Shown here in pieces: positions 48,706 through 57,666 of a stretch of 64,000 bases of DNA. Below the pieces are notes generated by a model. The model ran no database searches and was not told the DNA's origin. It saw nothing but the letters and a program-made list of their open reading frames with translations. A program made the position numbers and the translations under genes. Each line of letters begins with the position of its first letter. Position 1 is the first letter of the stretch. The stretch is from the IMG/VR virus record IMGVR_UViG_3300030102_007457, one strand, 5' to 3'. The stretch is from an uncultured virus (IMG/VR IMGVR_UViG_3300030102_007457). Taxonomy: Duplodnaviria; Heunggongvirae; Uroviricota; Caudoviricetes.

Positions 48706-50763
48706 ATGGGTACAGAGCGCGATTTCAAGGTAAAGAAAGGACTGAGGGTAGAAGACGGCGACATAACGCTGGCCTCCGACCACAGCGTCTTCGCTGGTAC
48801 GTTCAACACGAACGTGACAGCAGCGAGGCTCACGCTGTCAGGCACGACGCTGGCTGCTCTTGGTGACAATAACGATATCAACATCAACATCAATCCGAAG
48901 AACAACGGTGCAGTGGTCATCGACGGCGCTGTGGAACTCGGTCACGCCAGTGACACGACGATAGCCAGAGCATCCAGCGGTGTCATCTCAGTGGAGGGCA
49001 GCAACGTCATAATGGCATCGAACGATGTGAGCGCTCTAACTGACTCGACATCAGCATCGATAGGCATCGGTACGATAGAACTCGGTCACGCCAGCGACAC
49101 CACGATAGCCCGCGATAGCGCAGGCGTGGTGACAATCGAGGGTGCTGAGATAAGGACGGGAACCGTTCCAGTGAACAAAGGAGGAACAGGCGCTACAACA
49201 CTCACGAGTGGTGGGATACTCCTTGGCTCTGGAACTGGCGCGATAACCGCCATGAGCGTTCTTGGTGACGGTGAGATGATTGTCGGTGACGGCACTACTG
49301 ACCCGGTTGCAGAGAGCGGTGCTACTTTGAGAACATCCATTGGCGTGGGAACGGGAGACAGCCCCGCATTCACCAACCTCACCCTTTCCGGTGACCTAGT
49401 GGTCACAGGCGACCTCACAGTCAACGGTGCTACCACCACCATATCAACGACGAACTCAGTCGTCGAGGACTCCTTGATTGAACTCAACACTGGTGCTACC
49501 AGCAACTCAAACGACTTGGGATTCATATTCGAGCGTGGTAGTACTGGCAACAATGCCGCCATCATATGGGACGAGAGCGCAACTAAGTTCGCAATGGGGA
49601 CTACAACCAATACAGGTGCGGACACTGGCAACCTCACCGTAGCCACAGGCACTCTGGTGGCCAACATCGAGGGGAACTTGACGGGAACCATACAAACTGC
49701 CTCCCAGACTAACATAACAGGCATAGGTACCATATCCACCGGTACTTGGAACGCCACTGACATAGCAGTCGCACACGGTGGTACTGGTGCGAGCACTGAG
49801 TCAGCCGCTAGGACCAACTTAGGACTGGCGATAGGAAGCGACGTACAGGCACATGATGCCCAACTCGATGCTATCGCCGCTCTAGCGACGACTGATGGTG
49901 GAGTCATCATAGGCAACGGGTCCACCTTCGTGCTGGAGAGCGGAGTCACTCTGAGGAACTCACTTAATCTTGGTATCAGTGACTCACCCCGATTCACAGG
50001 CATAGAGTTGGGAGCACCAGCCGACACCACCCTGACTAGGGCAAGCGCTGGTGACATGAACATAGAGGGCAACATCGTCTACCGCGCTGGTGGTACCAAC
50101 GTGGCCATCGCCGATGGTGGTACGAATGCCGACAACGTATCTGACGCTAGGGACAACCTAGGTCTGACCATAGGAACGAACGTGCAGGCCTACGACGCTC
50201 AACTCGCCACGCTGGCTGGATACACCTCCACGCAGATAGGCTTCCTCAACGTCAGCACCGCTGGTACCGTAGAGGCCAGCAAGTCCGTGGTCGTCGATGC
50301 GAACAAGGACATAGGGAGTTTCCGCAACCTCACAGCCACTGGGGCGTTGAAGTCCGATGGGATGCAACTCACAGGTGGTGCGAACTCCGCTGCTGACTCA
50401 GGCACCGTCGTCGCAGAGTTCGACGTCTCCGAGGCACAGGTGGCCACGAACAGTGCGGCCACCATAGCCAGTTACGAGTTCGGCACCTACAGGACGGCCA
50501 AGTTCCTCGTTCAGATAGGCAGGGTGGATTCGAGCGAGCAGTTTGATTGTATGGAAATCCTCGTCACCTACGATGGTGGCTCAGCACCCAGCGGTGATAG
50601 TGACATCTTTATGACAACGTACGGGTACATTACCACGGGAGCGAGCGACCTTGGGACGTTCAACGCAGTGAAGGGTAGCAGTACCATCGACCTGCAGTTC
50701 ACCCCCGCAACGTCAGGAGGAACATACGAATACAGAGTGGTAAAATCACTCCTAATCAAGTGA
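48706..50763 (+). CDS. Tail fibre protein 2
   Basis: Fibre motifs GGTGA...ARTNLGL and GDLTVNG; ELGHASDTTIAR repeats; AGGTGA RBS. Confidence 0.8.
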   Translation: MGTERDFKVKKGLRVEDGDITLASDHSVFAGTFNTNVTAARLTLSGTTLAALGDNNDINININPKNNGAVVIDGAVELGHASDTTIARASSGVISVEGSNVIMASNDVSALTDSTSASIGIGTIELGHASDTTIARDSAGVVTIEGAEIRTGTVPVNKGGTGATTLTSGGILLGSGTGAITAMSVLGDGEMIVGDGTTDPVAESGATLRTSIGVGTGDSPAFTNLTLSGDLVVTGDLTVNGATTTISTTNSVVEDSLIELNTGATSNSNDLGFIFERGSTGNNAAIIWDESATKFAMGTTTNTGADTGNLTVATGTLVANIEGNLTGTIQTASQTNITGIGTISTGTWNATDIAVAHGGTGASTESAARTNLGLAIGSDVQAHDAQLDAIAALATTDGGVIIGNGSTFVLESGVTLRNSLNLGISDSPRFTGIELGAPADTTLTRASAGDMNIEGNIVYRAGGTNVAIADGGTNADNVSDARDNLGLTIGTNVQAYDAQLATLAGYTSTQIGFLNVSTAGTVEASKSVVVDANKDIGSFRNLTATGALKSDGMQLTGGANSAADSGTVVAEFDVSEAQVATNSAATIASYEFGTYRTAKFLVQIGRVDSSEQFDCMEILVTYDGGSAPSGDSDIFMTTYGYITTGASDLGTFNAVKGSSTIDLQFTPATSGGTYEYRVVKSLLIK

Positions 50764-50788
50764 TGGACAGTGAAATCATGGTGATACA

Positions 50789-53700
50789 ATGGCAACGAAC
50801 AGAGACTTCAAAGTAAAAAACGGATTAATAGTAGCAGAAGGAATTACTGCTTCTACTGAGATACAAGGCAATCAATTCAGATTATCCAGTGCGTCGAATA
50901 GAATAGGTCTTCCAGCAACAAACGAGGTTGCTGTATTCACAAACGGCAGCGAGAGAATACGCTTTGATTCTTCAGGTAATGTCGGAATAGGCACTACAAG
51001 CCCCGGACACAAGTTAGAGGTCAATGGCTCCATTGCTGCTACAACAGTAACAACCGGAGGAACACAAGACCTGACTCTAGATACAAACGGAGGAACAAAC
51101 TCCGGTTCGATAAAGATAGTAGATGGTGCAAATGGAAACATAGAGTTGGATAACAATGGTTCGGGGCAAGTGGTATTCAAGGGTAATTCAACGAAGGGTT
51201 CCGGTCAATTTGTACTAAACTGTGAAGTCAACACTCATGGTATAACCATCAAAGGGCCACCACATTCTGCGGGAGCATCATACACATTGACATTACCTGA
51301 TGATGATGGCAACTCTAACCAAGTTCTAAAGACGGATGGTTCTGGTAATCTCAGTTGGGTTGACCAAAGTAGTGGTGGTTCTCCCGGTGGTTCAGATACT
51401 CAGGTGCAATACAACAACGGTGGCTCCTTCGGCGGTATTGCAGGATTCACATTCACTGACACATCAGGCTCAGAGCAGTTCCTATTCTCCGATACCAGCG
51501 ATACCGCACTTGTGAAAATAGTTCAGGAAGGAACAGGAGCAGCATTTCAGGTGCATGATGCTGGCAGCGACACAAGCATCTTCCAAGTCAATCAAGTAGG
51601 AACAGTGGCAATAGGATTCAATACTTCAGGCGGTGGAGGATATGGTAAACTACAGGTGAATGGGACTAACTATTCAACCGCTCACGGTGCAGAGGCAGGA
51701 AGTGCCGGTAGTCCATCATTCCAATTCGTAGGCGACCAAAACACAGGTATGTTCAGTGGAGGCACTGACATCCTAGGTTTCTCCACAGGTGGTACTGAGA
51801 GATTGGCTATTGGAGCGGCTGGTGAGATACTAATCGGTGGAACTGCCGCTGGAACTAGTGGTCAGGTATTGACTTCAGGTGGCTCCGGCGCAGCAGTAAC
51901 ATGGGAGGATGCCGGAGGTGGTGGCGGCTCTCCTGCTGGTTCTGATACGTTTATTCAGTATAATAACGGAGGTTCCTTCGGTGCTACTACACTTGCATTT
52001 GACGATACAGCAGGTTCAGAGCAGATTCTACTTGATGACACAAGTGATGTTGCTTTGATGAAGATAGTACAAAGAGGAACAGGTAGTTCATTCGAGGTAC
52101 ATGACCAAGCATCTGATTCCACTGTATTCCAAGTTAGTTCTTCAGGAGGAACAAGTATAGGGTTAGGTGCTGGTTCTGGTGCTGGTTCTGATTTATTATT
52201 CGTACAGGGAAGGTCATCGAGTCAGATATGGACAGCATCAACAGATGGCAGTGCATCTGCTCCTGTGTTTACTCGTAGAACTGATTTGAACACTGGTATG
52301 TATTTCGTGGGTTCTGATAATATCGGCTTCACAACAGGTGGCACTCTAAGAGCGGATATCAGCGATAGTGGATTATTGCTAGGTGGTTCAGGTGCTAGAG
52401 TCACAACAATACTAGATGAAGATAACATGGCTACTAACTCTGCCACTGCTCTAGCAACTCAGCAATCGATTAAGGCTTATGTCGATGCCAACTCAGGAGG
52501 CGGTGGCGGGAGTGATACTGATGTCAACGTCAGTAACCTAACTGCTAGATTACCGCAAATCACTGAGAGTGTCACGATAGGTGATGCGACAGATGTGACT
52601 GTCACCACTTCAGGTGATTTGACCGTGACTGGTGACTTGAACGTATCAGAAATAGTAGACCCCACAGGCACTGGCAACCTGAAACTACGAGCAGGTGGTA
52701 GTACCATCAACATCCTAGATGGTGGGGTAGCAAATCATATCAATATCACTCCTGCTAGTGGTCGTTTGAATCTATTCGCAGAGACAATTGCTATTGGTGA
52801 GGCAGATTCAACAATAACAACCGGAGGAGCGTATGATTTAACAATAAATACCAACACTGGTACTAACTCAGGAGCAATCAAGATTTTCGATGGTGCTAAT
52901 GGGAATATAACACTCACACCAAATGGCACAGGGAATGTCTCTATTGGAAATTTCACATTCGATGCTGACCAGTCAGTAGGGAGTGGTCAAGACAATTACG
53001 TTCTGACATACGACCACTCAGATGGTCAAATCAGTTTGGAGGCAGCAGCAGGTGGTGGTGGCGGTTCTCCTGCTGGTTCAGACACTTTCATTCAATACAA
53101 TAATGGTGGTTCTTTTGGTGCTACTACACTTGCTTACACCGACACATCAGGTGCAGAACAATACAAGATAGACATATCATCAAGTGAAACCCCGTTTGTC
53201 ATAGTGCAGACTGGTGCTGGAAATTCGTTTGAAGTACATGATGCTGCTGACCCTGATAATAACAGATTTCAGATTTCTAACGCAGGAAATGTCACAATAA
53301 AGGCTTTGAATGGCGGGGGTTGGGGTGAAGCGTTATATGTCGGTGGAAATATAATAAGTAGTAGATATAAGGCTGAACAAAGTTCTGCTTCTGCCCCTGC
53401 ATATGTCAGTGCGTATGATACAAACACAGGAATGCTTTTCCCTGCTGCTGATAACCTAGGCTTCTCAACAGGTGGAACTGAAAGATTTAGATTTGGCTCT
53501 AGTGGTGAGATACTAATCGGTGGAACTGCCGCTGGAACTAGTGGTCAGGTATTGACTTCAGGTGGCTCCGGTGCAGCAGTAACATGGGAGGATGCCGGAG
53601 GTGGCGGTGGCGGTGCATCACTCGCCAACGGTGTAAATAACAGAGTAGTCACTGCAACAGGTGCAAGTGGTCTGAATGGAGAAGCCAATCTGATATTCGA

Positions 53701-55945
53701 TGGAAGCAAATTAGGGATAGGAACCTCAAGTCCGGGCGCGTCTCTTCATGTATCAAAGACATTGACAGGAAATGATGCTACTACTTTAGCAGGTGCAGAG
53801 GTATTCAAGGTTGATACAGTAGATGATGGCTCATCATCCGATGGCCCCGGATTCCAAATCAGGCTTGAGTCAACAAACGACCACAATGGAGCCAACTACG
53901 AGGTTGCCATAATAGGAGATGGTGGAGGACAAAGAAAGAAGAACATCTTCGGAAACTACGGTTTCCATGAGTATTGGCTCGCTGGCAACGCTGATGGAAA
54001 GAAGCCGATAGCGTATCTGAAAGCAGATGGTAGCACAAGTGCGGGTGCAACCCAATACGGTGTGTTCCGCCTCTTATCCACGGCTACTGCTTGGGCAGCA
54101 AACAACTTCAACCCAAGTGGAGAGACAACTGCATTACAACTCAATGCAGGTGGAAACTCATACTTCAATGGTGGAAATGTCGGTATAGGCACTGCGAGTC
54201 CAACTGGTGTTTTGCATGTCACTGCTGCCGATACTTCGGCAGAGGCATTCCGTGTCGATATAACAGATAGTGACAGCACTGCTGACTCCACGCCATTCGT
54301 TGTTGATGGTAATGGAAGGGTCGGCATAGGCACTGCATCCCCCGATACTGGGGCAGCCCTTACGCTCAATGGCGATGGAACTTCATATGAGGGATTAGTG
54401 TTCCAAGTTGCAGGTTCAAAGAAATTCACAATGTCTTCAGACGGTTCTGCCTTTTACATGGACAGTTCGATAAATACAGGCAACGTCAATATGAGAGTAA
54501 GGGACTCAGGTGGAAATCTAAGACCTGTTTTGGGATTAGAGGGCGATGGTTTCAGAACAGCAATCGGACACAACGGAACAAGCGGCTCTAGCCTCAGTCC
54601 TCAAAACACATTACAAGTCAACGTAGGTGACGAGAATGGAGTTCAAGACAAGGACGATGGTATTCTTCTTCTCAATAGCGACCTCTCAATCGCAGCGAAT
54701 GATATGATTGGTGGTATAGGTTTCGCCACTAGAGATGGAAACATACCAAGCAGCGTCAGAGAAGCAGCATGTGCGATTGTCGCTAGAGCGAGGGAAGACC
54801 ACACTACTACCGAGAAGGGGGGATACATGGAGTTCTTATATTCACCAGCGGGCAAGGATGATGATACAGTCAGCAGCATCGGCATGACACTCATTGAAGG
54901 TAAGTTAGCCGTCAACAACGGTGGGTTGCATCCATTGACCACGATGACGCTATATCATAGTGGCTCGGACTTCAATGACGGTCTTACTATCATAAGAAAT
55001 GACACAAGTGTCTCTGATGGCGATTTGCTTGGAGCGATTGGTTTTGATGCTAAGGATGGCAATGCTCCCTCAAGAGCGACAGAGGCATCTGCTGGTATTG
55101 CTGCTTTTGCTGCTGAAGACCACAGCACAGGTGACAAGGGTGGAGACTTGGCATTCTTCACATCACCCATTGACCAAGATGATGATACTGCTTCTGTTGA
55201 GAGAATGAGAATAACATCTGAGGGTAAGGTCATTATCGGTGATACTCCAAATTTCACTTCACAGCATGATAGTATATCTAAATTCACAATCCAAGGAACA
55301 GATGCGGGAATGCTCATAGAGAAGCACGATGATTCTGCAAGTGGTGGGCCTACTCTTTCACTTTACAGATACTCAGCATCAGAGGCCGATGGTGACTTGA
55401 TTGGGCAGATAAACTTCAGAGGTGAGGGGTCAACAGGAAACCCATCAACATACATGGCTATCAGAACTGAGATAGAAGACACAACTGAGGGAACGAAAGA
55501 CGGTTCATTGATTATTAGAGGATTGGTTAACAACTCACAAACTGATTTTGCTGAGATAAACTCAGCAGGTCTTACGCTAAATCAAGGGGCATACAACACA
55601 GGCAATGTATCTAAAGATGCTAATACAGTATCAGGTTCTAGTTTGGCTGATGGAAGTTCTGTGACGTTATTCACTGTTCCAGCGACAACAAGAGGATTCA
55701 AAGCGACTATATTCTTCAAGGACACAAGCAACACCGAGTATCAGATAGAGGAAATAATGGGATATAATACAGGTTCAGGTGTTGACTTCACATCATTCGG
55801 TCAAGTCTTCAGCGGTGCTGCTGCTATCGGTTCCTTGGATGCCACAGACAGCAGCGGCACAACTCTAATTAAATTCACAAATGGTCAAGGAGGCGCGATT
55901 AACTATCAAGCGACCATTAGTGTGACACATATGGACTTAAGTTGA
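50789..55945 (+). CDS. Tail fibre protein 3 (1718 aa, modular, AT-rich)
   Basis: GNVGIGTTSP, ERMRITSEG, QYNNGGSFG and TLTLPDDDG...QVLKTDGSGNLSW fibre motifs. Confidence 0.85.
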   Translation: MATNRDFKVKNGLIVAEGITASTEIQGNQFRLSSASNRIGLPATNEVAVFTNGSERIRFDSSGNVGIGTTSPGHKLEVNGSIAATTVTTGGTQDLTLDTNGGTNSGSIKIVDGANGNIELDNNGSGQVVFKGNSTKGSGQFVLNCEVNTHGITIKGPPHSAGASYTLTLPDDDGNSNQVLKTDGSGNLSWVDQSSGGSPGGSDTQVQYNNGGSFGGIAGFTFTDTSGSEQFLFSDTSDTALVKIVQEGTGAAFQVHDAGSDTSIFQVNQVGTVAIGFNTSGGGGYGKLQVNGTNYSTAHGAEAGSAGSPSFQFVGDQNTGMFSGGTDILGFSTGGTERLAIGAAGEILIGGTAAGTSGQVLTSGGSGAAVTWEDAGGGGGSPAGSDTFIQYNNGGSFGATTLAFDDTAGSEQILLDDTSDVALMKIVQRGTGSSFEVHDQASDSTVFQVSSSGGTSIGLGAGSGAGSDLLFVQGRSSSQIWTASTDGSASAPVFTRRTDLNTGMYFVGSDNIGFTTGGTLRADISDSGLLLGGSGARVTTILDEDNMATNSATALATQQSIKAYVDANSGGGGGSDTDVNVSNLTARLPQITESVTIGDATDVTVTTSGDLTVTGDLNVSEIVDPTGTGNLKLRAGGSTINILDGGVANHINITPASGRLNLFAETIAIGEADSTITTGGAYDLTINTNTGTNSGAIKIFDGANGNITLTPNGTGNVSIGNFTFDADQSVGSGQDNYVLTYDHSDGQISLEAAAGGGGGSPAGSDTFIQYNNGGSFGATTLAYTDTSGAEQYKIDISSSETPFVIVQTGAGNSFEVHDAADPDNNRFQISNAGNVTIKALNGGGWGEALYVGGNIISSRYKAEQSSASAPAYVSAYDTNTGMLFPAADNLGFSTGGTERFRFGSSGEILIGGTAAGTSGQVLTSGGSGAAVTWEDAGGGGGGASLANGVNNRVVTATGASGLNGEANLIFDGSKLGIGTSSPGASLHVSKTLTGNDATTLAGAEVFKVDTVDDGSSSDGPGFQIRLESTNDHNGANYEVAIIGDGGGQRKKNIFGNYGFHEYWLAGNADGKKPIAYLKADGSTSAGATQYGVFRLLSTATAWAANNFNPSGETTALQLNAGGNSYFNGGNVGIGTASPTGVLHVTAADTSAEAFRVDITDSDSTADSTPFVVDGNGRVGIGTASPDTGAALTLNGDGTSYEGLVFQVAGSKKFTMSSDGSAFYMDSSINTGNVNMRVRDSGGNLRPVLGLEGDGFRTAIGHNGTSGSSLSPQNTLQVNVGDENGVQDKDDGILLLNSDLSIAANDMIGGIGFATRDGNIPSSVREAACAIVARAREDHTTTEKGGYMEFLYSPAGKDDDTVSSIGMTLIEGKLAVNNGGLHPLTTMTLYHSGSDFNDGLTIIRNDTSVSDGDLLGAIGFDAKDGNAPSRATEASAGIAAFAAEDHSTGDKGGDLAFFTSPIDQDDDTASVERMRITSEGKVIIGDTPNFTSQHDSISKFTIQGTDAGMLIEKHDDSASGGPTLSLYRYSASEADGDLIGQINFRGEGSTGNPSTYMAIRTEIEDTTEGTKDGSLIIRGLVNNSQTDFAEINSAGLTLNQGAYNTGNVSKDANTVSGSSLADGSSVTLFTVPATTRGFKATIFFKDTSNTEYQIEEIMGYNTGSGVDFTSFGQVFSGAAAIGSLDATDSSGTTLIKFTNGQGGAINYQATISVTHMDLS
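51820..53604 (+). repeat. 102-bp direct repeat (51820-51921 and 53503-53604) with one mismatch, inside fibre 3
   Basis: Aligned by eye; single synonymous C/T difference at 51889/53572. Confidence 0.9.
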
Positions 55946-55954
55946 GGTGATTGA

Positions 55955-56695
55955 ATGGGAAGACAGCCTTTTAGACAGATGAAAACAAATGCAACAGCCA
56001 AATCAGCAGATGAGTCTGCAAGTGTGACATTACCGGGTCATGGAGTGAACATAAGCAGAACACCTGATTCAAATGTCTCAAGCATACAAAATGCCATGAT
56101 ACCAGTGTCGCCGGTAAGTGGAACAAACAGTTTCGGGTCCACTGACTTCTTCTATTTCGCTAGAAGAATTTGGTTTGTCCCAATGTATTCAGCGTGTGGT
56201 GGGGTTATTGAGCATCTGATACCATACAGCGCAGGTGAGAATGGTGTTGCAGATACAGATGACTGGAAGTTTGCCATATACGATAATGGCAATGATGGAT
56301 TACCTAAGACATTGATATCGAATACAATGCAATGGACTCCCGATAGCAGTTACAACCCGACCTATCTCGATGTCACTAACACAAGTGGTGGAGAACTGAC
56401 TCTAGATGCAGACAGATGGTACTGGTGGGCTGCTTTGGGTGCAAGTACCAGCAATGGAGGTAATATCCCAATGGGTTCTTATTCCATGAATCGCGGTTAT
56501 CAAACACAAGTCCCTTGTGCAAGCGGAACACCATTTGGGGTATTATATTGGAGTGCAGGAAGTCGGACATCATTCGATACACCGTTGAATATGGTTGCCA
56601 ACAGCACTGAGTTCAGGTCAATGAGCGAGAACAACACACCTCGTTGGTTCTTCCAATACAAGATAGAGAGCGATTTCGGATTCAAGGGAGCGTGA
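55955..56695 (+). CDS. Aromatic-rich beta protein, candidate distal receptor-binding protein
   Basis: GAGGTGA RBS; lies between the fibres and the fibre chaperone. Confidence 0.6.
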   Translation: MGRQPFRQMKTNATAKSADESASVTLPGHGVNISRTPDSNVSSIQNAMIPVSPVSGTNSFGSTDFFYFARRIWFVPMYSACGGVIEHLIPYSAGENGVADTDDWKFAIYDNGNDGLPKTLISNTMQWTPDSSYNPTYLDVTNTSGGELTLDADRWYWWAALGASTSNGGNIPMGSYSMNRGYQTQVPCASGTPFGVLYWSAGSRTSFDTPLNMVANSTEFRSMSENNTPRWFFQYKIESDFGFKGA

Positions 56696-56699
56696 TAGT

Positions 56700-56978
56700 A
56701 TGCCGGGTAGAGAGTGGTTCTTACAGCAGAAGAAGGATGAGAACGGCGAGTGGCAATTCACTAGGGTTCTCACAGAGGAAGAGGCTAGAGAGCAACTTAG
56801 AATGATAAGACAGAGTTTCTTGGAAGAGACTGACATGTGGACATACATGGATAGATGGAATTCATTGACCGATGCTCAACAAGCAGAATTAACAACATAC
56901 AGACAAGCATTGAGGGATATACCATCATGTGATGACCCGTTCAATCCACCATTTCCAAGTAAGCCAAGTTGGGTATGA
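56700..56978 (+). CDS. Tail fibre assembly chaperone
   Basis: LRMIRQSFLEETD...YRQALRDIP...FPSKP matches the phage fibre assembly chaperone pattern. Confidence 0.85.
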   Translation: MPGREWFLQQKKDENGEWQFTRVLTEEEAREQLRMIRQSFLEETDMWTYMDRWNSLTDAQQAELTTYRQALRDIPSCDDPFNPPFPSKPSWV

Positions 56979-56995
56979 TTAACAACCCACACCTG

Positions 56996-57193
56996 CTAAT
57001 AAAGGTCATGACGATTGAACACATGCATCTGTATCATTATGCAAATAAACACAATGTTGGTGTAGAGTATTAGCAGACTCTTCAGGTCAACTCCCTGCTG
57101 CGTCACGAATGAAGTCATGACGATAGTATATGCTATCAGAACCGATGCTATCAGAAAAGTACCTATTGAATGCTGAGCATTGCTGAGTCCCAT
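56996..57193 (-). CDS. Small membrane protein with two hydrophobic segments
   Basis: IGTFLIASVLIAYTIVM and LLILYTNIVFICIMI; TAATG coupling to the upstream ORF. Confidence 0.6.
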   Translation of the reverse strand: MGLSNAQHSIGTFLIASVLIAYTIVMTSFVTQQGVDLKSLLILYTNIVFICIMIQMHVFNRHDLY

Positions 57194-57315
57194 TACTTCA
57201 TCCTCAGAAGCGTCATCAAGACAGTCATGAAACGATTTGTGCGTGGTTGCTCTATGTGTATATCTTCCATAGTCTCACTAGCCCACTCATTGAACCACTG
57301 GCAGTTTCTCTCCAT
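57193..57315 (-). CDS. 40-aa microprotein (MERNCQWFNEWASETMEDIHIEQPRTNRFMTVLMTLLRMK), absent from the ORF track
   Basis: Hand-translated. TAATG overlap, with a TATA-like TTAATTTA 24-31 nt upstream. Confidence 0.55.
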   Translation of the reverse strand: MERNCQWFNEWASETMEDIHIEQPRTNRFMTVLMTLLRMK

Positions 57316-57359
57316 AGTGTAGTTTCTGCACCGGCTTGTAAATTAACATTGTGTATAGA

Positions 57360-57453
57360 AGGGAGGAAAACGGAGTGTGGCGAAAGAGATTCCACATTGT
57401 GTGTAGGATGCATGAATAGAAGCAATCCCCGTTTTTACTACACAAACCTCCCT
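57360..57453. ncRNA. Candidate structured RNA or DNA element with nested stems and a possible pseudoknot
   Basis: Complementary pairs AGGGAGG/CCTCCCT, AAAACGG/CCGTTTT, AGTGTGG/CCACATT, GGATGC/GCAATCC and TGTGTAG/CTACACA within one intergenic gap. Confidence 0.5.
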
Positions 57454-57492
57454 GTTGACACCATAACTATTTTGCACGTAGCCAATGATGCC

Positions 57493-57666
57493 TCAAGTCT
57501 GACTTCTGAACGCTGAGTCTTTCCATATGTGACCGCACTCCTTGCACTCCCACAGGTACACTCGTCGCTTTGAACCATTCTGATAACGACCAGACAGACG
57601 GTGCGGTATGTGCTTGTGACCGCAGCCACGGCACGACACGCGCAACTTGTCCATCAGCCGTCCCAT
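57493..57666 (-). CDS. 57-aa TFS/TFIIS-C-like zinc-ribbon protein, absent from the ORF track
   Basis: MGRLMDKLRVSCRGCGHKHIPHRLSGRYQNGSKRRVYLWECKECGHIWKDSAFRSQT; TAATG overlap with the thermosome stop. Confidence 0.75.
   Translation of the reverse strand: MGRLMDKLRVSCRGCGHKHIPHRLSGRYQNGSKRRVYLWECKECGHIWKDSAFRSQT

Noticed and set aside
51820..53604. Near-identical repeat pair in a tail fibre as a diversity-generating retroelement TR/VR
   Set aside because: The only difference is one C/T change, not adenine-specific. Both copies are coding and mid-gene, and no reverse transcriptase is present in the window.
57438..57629. 63-aa minus-strand ORF from the track
   Set aside because: The overlapping frame 57493-57666 has a clear zinc-ribbon motif and start-stop coupling, so it is the better call.
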